Shown: piece after piece, positions 62,629 through 64,000 of the stretch | How the letters are laid out: each line of letters begins with the position of its first letter | Position numbering within the stretch: position 1 is the first letter of the stretch | Assembly (NCBI RefSeq): GCF_006345805.1 | Contig: NC_043004.1 | Coordinates: 102,300,001 to 102,364,000, forward strand | Source of the DNA: Octopus sinensis | Lineage: Eukaryota | Direction: 5' to 3' | Length of the DNA: 64,000 nucleotides | Translations under genes and position numbers: made by a program | Notes under the pieces: model-generated | What the model saw: the letters and a program-made list of their open reading frames with translations, nothing else | What the model was told of the DNA's origin: nothing | The model's database searches: none

Positions 62629-63459
62629 AAAATACAAAATGGGACAAGAACGCAAAACATCCGGACAGTTATATATATATATATATATATACTCACACAC
62701 TCATATATGTATGTGTGCGTGTATGTGTATGTGAGTATCTGTGTGTACATACGATAATATATACATGCATATATGTACACATATTTATACAAACATTAAT
62801 ATACACATGAATGTATATATTTATACACACATTCATATCTATAGACACACATCATATTCATATATTTTTTTTATATTATACATGCATGCGCGCACGCAGA
62901 CACATGGACACACGCATGTACACACTACATACGCACTACATATACATGCAAGGACATAGACATAAAGATATATACTTACAAACACAGACCCCGACAGATA
63001 CGGTTACAGACATTCATACAGATGTAGATTCACACAGCAGCTAACAGTCTCACACATAGAGAAGCACAAAGAACAAGCACACGCACACGCACACCCACAC
63101 CCACCCACATACACACACACACACTACTCCCAGCTACAGGCACACACATACACAAGGTTGCGCCTGCGCAGCGCTTTGTCGATTTAGTGAGGCGATTACT
63201 GTTAGATTTGATGTAAGCGGTATTAACGCCTCTCAATGGCGACTCTAACAGGGTTGAAAAAATGTAATGTTAGAATAATCGTATCAATTAAAAAGGATCA
63301 AAAGTCTTTTGCGATTTGCAATCTCGCGTATAATTTCCAGCACTCCACATCTCATCCGAATATCTTTTACTCAATCATTCCACTTCCTCATTCACATACC
63401 ATTCCTTCAAGCCACACCTCTCTCGAAACCCATTCAAATTTTCTATACTTGATCTCATC

Positions 63460-64000
63460 GTAGTAGTGGTGGTGTGCAAGTTGTGATGGCGGTGGTGGTT
63501 GTGATGGTGGTCGTTTGCTGTTGTTATTGTGGTTGTTGTTATTGTGGTGGTGGTAGTGGGGGATGGTATTGGAGTTCGTTTTCTGTTGTTTTTGTTGTTG
63601 TGGTGGTGGCGGCGGCGGCGATAATGGTAATAGTAATGATGGTGGTGATGTTGGTTGGAATTCTTGATGGGTAGCAGTTGAGATTGTAGTCGTTCAAATG
63701 CTTGTGGTAGTAGTGTTGATCGTGGTTAGAGTTACCGTAATAATAGTCTCAGTGGTGGTGGAACAGGAGGTAGTTTTACAAAAATGGTGGTGGGTCTGAT
63801 AACTGTTTTATGTTGTTTTTCTGTAATGGGTGTCAAGGTGGTGTTAGTTATGGTGGTAGTTGAGATAACGATTTTGGTGGTGGTGGCGGTATTGGTGATG
63901 GTGGTTTTGGTTATAGTAGTTGTGGTGGAGACTGTGTTTGAGTTGATGGTAATGGTGGTGATAGTGGTGGAGTGTTAGTGATAAACGAGGTGATGATAGT
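63460..64000. repeat. Degenerate (GTG/GTT/GAT)n low-complexity tract
   Basis: Direct inspection. Source of the V-rich ORFs. Confidence 0.85.

Overview
This is a eukaryotic, AT-rich, microsatellite-saturated window. The tRNA-derived SINE families and simple-repeat load look like an octopus genome (inference from sequence recognition, not a database search). Almost all entries in the ORF track are microsatellite artefacts. The recognisable content is mobile DNA: one near-intact RTE (BovB-like) LINE at 37.2-41.1 kb (- strand); CR1-type and older RTE fragments; Penelope-like (PLE) RT and GIY-YIG remnants; four R4/Dong-type restriction-like-endonuclease (RLE) retrotransposon fragments; several mariner, maT, Tigger and hAT relics; and many SINE copies from at least four families. 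The only plausible host coding sequence is an open ATG-initiated exon running off the left edge (185->1, - strand), plus weak exon candidates near 58 kb. There is one 100-N gap. The most interesting signals: (1) minimal hammerhead-ribozyme motifs in short (TA)n-flanked PLE-type units, including a U3-A8 covariant core; (2) two diverged R4-type elements in tandem, each ending in (CATA)n, alongside a second R4 family tied to (TAA)n, suggesting microsatellite-specific targeting; (3) a candidate HDV-like ribozyme at the RTE 5' end; (4) head-to-tail 185-bp SINE multimers at two loci; (5) three long foldback elements. All translations, alignments and folds were done by eye and coordinates of degenerate elements are approximate.
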